A stretch of DNA of 60,791 nucleotides, taken from contig CAZIOU010000005.1 in NCBI GenBank assembly GCA_964540995.1, positions 1 through 60,791 of the forward strand, in the 5' to 3' direction. The notes under the pieces were generated by a model. It was not told the DNA's origin and searched no databases. It saw only the letters and a program-made list of their open reading frames with translations. Made by a program: the position numbers and the translations under genes. This stretch comes from an uncultured Gammaproteobacteria bacterium (GTDB lineage: Bacteria > Patescibacteriota > Patescibacteriia > UBA1558 > 2-01-FULL-52-15). The first letter of the stretch is position 1; each line of letters begins with the position of its first letter. Shown piece by piece: positions 57,136 through 60,791 of this stretch.

Positions 57136-59990
57136 TACATCCGGACACTCAACGTGATAGCTTCACCGTTCACTTCCACCGCTGACTGTTCGGAGAATAA
57201 TTCTGCGATTTCCCAAGCACGGCTAATAGTTGCTGCTTGGAGATCAGCTGTCCGGGTGGCGATCAATTGTTTCAAGGATTCACTCTCCGTCTGATAATGA
57301 ACCACGACAGAATCTTGGGGCGTCAGCTTAGCTTGTTTGCGTAGGGCATTGGTGAAGCGGATCAGCTCGCGGAGCATACCTTCTTGTTTGAGAGCGTCAG
57401 TTAGCTTCACATCAAGCGCGATCTGACCATTATCCGATGGCATCCACGGTTCACCAGCTGGCAATGAGTCTACTACCTGAATCGAGAGTACATTAATTTC
57501 ATCGGCCAGCACTGCCTGTAATTCGGCATTAAGTTTGGTGACAATGGCAGCTTGAGTTAGCGGCTGACGGATCTTGAGCTTGGCTTGGGCTCGGACAGCA
57601 TGAGCTGCTTCCACCAGCTGTCGAACCAGATTCATTTGCGTTAATAATTGCTCTTCCTCCTTGGTCACATTGGCTTCGGGCCAACTCGATAGATGGACTG
57701 ATGGCTGTTCTATCACTTTGAGCTGACGCCAGAGACTTTCGGCCATAAATGGTGTGAACGGAGCCATTAACTGACTCAATGTTTTCAAGACATAACCCAA
57801 CGTAGCGACCGAGGCTTCGCGAGTCTCTTCGTCTTTGAAACGATCACGGCTACGACGCACATACCAGGTTGATAGTTCATTGATGAAGTCTCCGAGTAAA
57901 CGAGCGCTTTCTGTTAAACGATAATTTTCTAGATGTTTGGATACGTCCTTGATGGTTTGCTGCAACAAAGCCACGATCCAACGATCCATACTGTCAGTAC
58001 TCGTAGGCCGATCCAACTTCTGCGGTTCGGTCGAAGCGTATAACTGATAGAAAGAAATAATATTAGTCAGTGTGCCGAAAACTTTGCGCACAATTTCCAG
58101 TACTATCTTTTCATCAAAATTTTTCGTTTCTCCTGGCTGTGACACCGTGTAGAAGAAATAGCGCAAGGGATCAACACCAAATTTAGCGATCGCTTCCTCG
58201 GGTACGATAATATTACCCTTGGACTTGGACATCTTCTGTCCTTTGGCATCATTGACATGACTGTAACAAATGACGTTCTTATAGGCCGCTCCTTTATTTA
58301 ACAAGGTAGAGATGGCCAACATGGTATAGAACCAACCCCGCGTCTGATCGATAGCTTCAGAAATATAGTCAGCCGGATAGGCTAAGCCTCGGTCAATCAA
58401 ATCTTCGTGTTCAAAAGGATAGTGATACTGTGCCCAAGGCATGGCGCCACTATCAAACCAGACATCGAGAACTTCTGGCACCCGCTTCATCTGTTGGCCG
58501 CAGTCACAAGGCAAAACTACTTCATCAATATAAGGTCGATGCAAATCTGCCAATGATCCTAATTCTTTACGGTCAACTACCATTTTCTTCTTACCACAGC
58601 TACTGCATTCCCAGATTGGCAGCGGTGTACCCCAATAGCGTTCACGAGAAATTGCCCAGTCCTTAATACCCTCCAACCATTCTCCGAAACGACCACGCTT
58701 GATATGTTCTGGGATCCAATTGATTGACTCACCATTTTTAACCAGCTGCGACTGGACTTTGGTCATAGCGATGAACCACGAAGTCTTGGCGTAATAGAGC
58801 AAAGCGGAATCACAGCGCCAGCAGAAAGGATATTCGTGCTCATACAGCTCTTCTTTATAGAGGATGCCTTGGTCTTGCAAATACTGAATAATCTTCTCTT
58901 CTGTCTTGACGTCCTTGGCTGGCAAGCCAGCTAATCCAGTGACTGTGGAGACGAATTTGCCCGTCAGATCAACGGTGTGCTGCTGGGGCAAATCAAATTT
59001 GAGACCCAATTCATAGTCATCCACACCATACATTACTGCTGTATGCACGACACCCGTACCATCACCAGTAGTGACGAAGTCAGCTGGCAATACTTCCCAA
59101 CCTTTGCCTTTATGTTCGATAACTCCAGGGAATAACGGTTCATAGGTAGTACCGACCAAGTCAGAACCTTTGAACGTTGCTGTCACGCCAGCTTGGCCAT
59201 CGATCACTTTCTCCCACAGTCCTTCAGCCATGATGTAGTATTCATTACCAGCTTGCACACGAACGTAGCTAATAGTAGAACCGACAGCCAGCGCCACATT
59301 TCCCGGCAAGGTCCATGGTGTGGTGGTCCAAGACAAAATGTAGTCACCTTTTTTGGCTACTTTGGAATCAGTAGTGACTTTAAATTTCAAATACACCGAA
59401 CGATCCTTGACTGTCTTATAGCCTTGCGCTACTTCGTGTGAAGATAACGTGGTGCCACAGCTGGGGCAATGCGGTACAACTTTGAATCCTTGATAGATTA
59501 AATTCTTGTCCCAGATCTGCTTCAGTACCCACCAAACCGATTCGATATAGTCATTATCGTATGTGACATAAGGATACTCCAAATCTAACCAGAAACCGAC
59601 CCGCTTAGTCAGCGTTTCCCATTCTGTCTTATATTTCCAGACCGACTCCTTACATTTCTGATTAAACTTTTCAATGCCGTACTTTTCAATATCCGGCTTA
59701 CCCACCAAACCTAATTCTTTCTGCACTTGCAACTCCACCGGTAGACCATGGGTGTCCCAGCCGGCTTTGCGCTCCACATGATACCCCTGCATAGTTTTGA
59801 AACGCGGGATGACATCTTTAAAAGCCCGTCCAATGACATGATGGATACCTGGTCGGCCATTGGCGGTTGGAGGACCTTCATAAAAGACAAAATTACCCTT
59901 GGGACTGGGTTTAGCCAAGGTAGCTTGAAAAATCTTCTGCTCCTCCCAGAATTTGAGGATTTGTTCTTCTTGGTCGTTGTAGTTGAACAT
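57135..59990 (-). CDS. ileS: Isoleucine--tRNA ligase
   Basis: PPTANGRPGIHHV (HIGH), CP1 editing domain WTTTPWTLPGN and KMSKSKGN. Confidence 0.95.
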   Translation of the reverse strand: MFNYNDQEEQILKFWEEQKIFQATLAKPSPKGNFVFYEGPPTANGRPGIHHVIGRAFKDVIPRFKTMQGYHVERKAGWDTHGLPVELQVQKELGLVGKPDIEKYGIEKFNQKCKESVWKYKTEWETLTKRVGFWLDLEYPYVTYDNDYIESVWWVLKQIWDKNLIYQGFKVVPHCPSCGTTLSSHEVAQGYKTVKDRSVYLKFKVTTDSKVAKKGDYILSWTTTPWTLPGNVALAVGSTISYVRVQAGNEYYIMAEGLWEKVIDGQAGVTATFKGSDLVGTTYEPLFPGVIEHKGKGWEVLPADFVTTGDGTGVVHTAVMYGVDDYELGLKFDLPQQHTVDLTGKFVSTVTGLAGLPAKDVKTEEKIIQYLQDQGILYKEELYEHEYPFCWRCDSALLYYAKTSWFIAMTKVQSQLVKNGESINWIPEHIKRGRFGEWLEGIKDWAISRERYWGTPLPIWECSSCGKKKMVVDRKELGSLADLHRPYIDEVVLPCDCGQQMKRVPEVLDVWFDSGAMPWAQYHYPFEHEDLIDRGLAYPADYISEAIDQTRGWFYTMLAISTLLNKGAAYKNVICYSHVNDAKGQKMSKSKGNIIVPEEAIAKFGVDPLRYFFYTVSQPGETKNFDEKIVLEIVRKVFGTLTNIISFYQLYASTEPQKLDRPTSTDSMDRWIVALLQQTIKDVSKHLENYRLTESARLLGDFINELSTWYVRRSRDRFKDEETREASVATLGYVLKTLSQLMAPFTPFMAESLWRQLKVIEQPSVHLSSWPEANVTKEEEQLLTQMNLVRQLVEAAHAVRAQAKLKIRQPLTQAAIVTKLNAELQAVLADEINVLSIQVVDSLPAGEPWMPSDNGQIALDVKLTDALKQEGMLRELIRFTNALRKQAKLTPQDSVVVHYQTESESLKQLIATRTADLQAATISRAWEIAELFSEQSAVEVNGEAITLSVRM

Positions 59991-60004
59991 TGAGATGAAG
60001 TCGT

Positions 60005-60092
60005 TAGTTATTGGTTACTTGTTATTTGGGAAGAGAAGAGAAGATTAAATAACCGGCTTCGACCTTCCCTAATAACCAATAACAAATAACTA
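60005..60092. repeat. AATAAC-word imperfect hairpin upstream of ileS
   Basis: tagttattggttacttgttatttggg (60005-30) pairs with ccctaataaccaataacaaataacta (60067-92). The right arm is 24/26 identical to 35956-35981. Confidence 0.65.
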
Positions 60093-60305
60093 CTATCTGT
60101 GCCATTAACTAATACCAAATAAGCTCCCATCTGGCAACGCTTCTGTCTAGTGCTGCCTAAAAGAATATCGAATACAAAACCTGCCAGATCTTACGCTGTT
60201 GCTTGCGGGCCACCGGCTGTCTAAAGGTTGTCGCCGAGCGCCAGCTAGTCAGCTCGAACTGACGTCGGTTGTTGTACCCTTTGTGACGGTTGGGATGTCT
60301 CATGG

Positions 60306-60524
60306 TTATTTCTTAGGTATTAATTTCTTAATCTCTTGGATGGTGAGACGACGCTTATCCTGCATCTCCCGGATCTGCTCCAGGCGACGGGAAGCCTTGT
60401 CCCCCAAATACAAACGATACCCACCACGGGTGCGTCCGTCGGCGGGTAGTAATCCTTCGTTGGTATAGTAATTGATCGTTGAGGGTAACAAATTATGGAG
60501 GCGAGCCAATTCGCCAATTTTCAT
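60306..60524 (-). CDS. MerR-family HTH transcriptional regulator (short)
   Basis: MKIGELARLHNLLPSTINYYTNEGLL..R...GYRLY is a MerR-type wHTH. ATG at 60524 is preferred. Confidence 0.75.
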   Translation of the reverse strand: MKIGELARLHNLLPSTINYYTNEGLLPADGRTRGGYRLYLGDKASRRLEQIREMQDKRRLTIQEIKKLIPKK

Positions 60525-60605
60525 GAGTTTGTTCACACCCCTCTTCATGAGCTCTAGTATACGCCGATAACCATGAAGTGTAAAGTAGTACTTCTTACTT
60601 TATGG

Positions 60606-60729
60606 TTTTGCGAGCCGTCAGGCGAAGCAATCTAGCCTGTCTGATGTCACCACACCACATTCCCAACCAACCACTACACCGCCATCTCAATGGGATTGCT
60701 TCCCGCCCGAGCCCGGTTCGCAATGACAG
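60606..60729 (+). mobile_element. MITE-like repeat, copy 4 (left end degenerate)
   Basis: ttttgcgag...gaagcaatctagcctgtctgatgtcac...gggattgcttcccgcccgagcccggTTCGCAATGACAG, in the same orientation as copy 1. Confidence 0.7.
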
Positions 60730-60791
60730 CTATGGTGGGACCTACCCTTCGGGGTGTAGGGCAGGCTAAGGGGCATCAGACAGGCTAGATT

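Noticed and set aside
60110-60300. T-box-like or SRP-like leader upstream of ileS (minus-strand ccggtggcccgcaag resembles the T-box GGUGGNACCGCG; uagcuggcg resembles an SRP segment).
   Set aside because: Only one short partial match was found for each. No specifier loop with an AUC codon, AG bulge, GNUGNGA or terminator/antiterminator alternative was identified. The match needs a 1-nt deletion. This is insufficient for a call.
60199-60468. 89-aa plus-strand ORF.
   Set aside because: It is antisense to the MerR-family gene, whose HTH motif is clearly recognisable. It starts with TTG and has no SD.

Overview
This is a 60.8-kb, very gene-dense chromosomal segment with about 62 CDS, roughly 90% on the minus strand, many with ATGA/TAATG start-stop overlaps. 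TGA is used as a stop codon, so the standard bacterial code applies. I found no rRNA, tRNA or CRISPR array.

The segment looks like a small-genome Patescibacteria/CPR-type bacterium. This is inference only, based on SD-less core genes, fused or minimal enzymes, several type IV pilin-like genes and long-form ThyX.

Core content, in minus-strand order from high to low coordinates:
- MerR-like regulator, ileS, recO, a large repeat-domain surface protein, tgt and a pilin-like protein.
- A small membrane protein plus an atypical membrane-anchored Clp/Hsp100, then glyQS.
- A frameshifted IS200/RAYT-type transposase.
- M16 peptidase, AI-2E permease, metG, cvpA, tatD and rmuC.
- A pilin-like protein plus a GT-C glycosyltransferase.
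- A complete F1Fo ATP synthase operon (atpZ-B-E-F-H-A-G-D-C), followed by two tandem paralogs with a CsoSCA-type carbonic-anhydrase-like zinc-site pattern.
- HAD hydrolase, an AddA-like helicase-nuclease and a DUF721 protein.
- An M16 peptidase plus Cas4-like nuclease pair.
- pheS, pheT and a translationally coupled SET-domain protein.
- gyrB, a polyprenyl synthase and secE-nusG-rplK-rplA.
- A dTTP-synthesis supra-operon: dCMP deaminase, P-loop kinase, dut, long thyX and a TK-TMPK fusion, followed by gatB.

Four or five small accessory islets are interleaved with this core (12.4-15.3 kb, 19.7-22.2 kb, 26.3-29.1 kb, 37.26 kb, 47.0-47.7 kb). Their orphan genes have perfect TTGACA promoters, strong GGAGG ribosome-binding sites and stem-loop terminators, whereas the core genes lack SD sequences.

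The window also holds a four-copy MITE-like repeat family and a set of GTAG/CTAC-rich hairpins in operon-internal spacers.

All functional calls come from motif recognition by eye. No database search or computation was possible.
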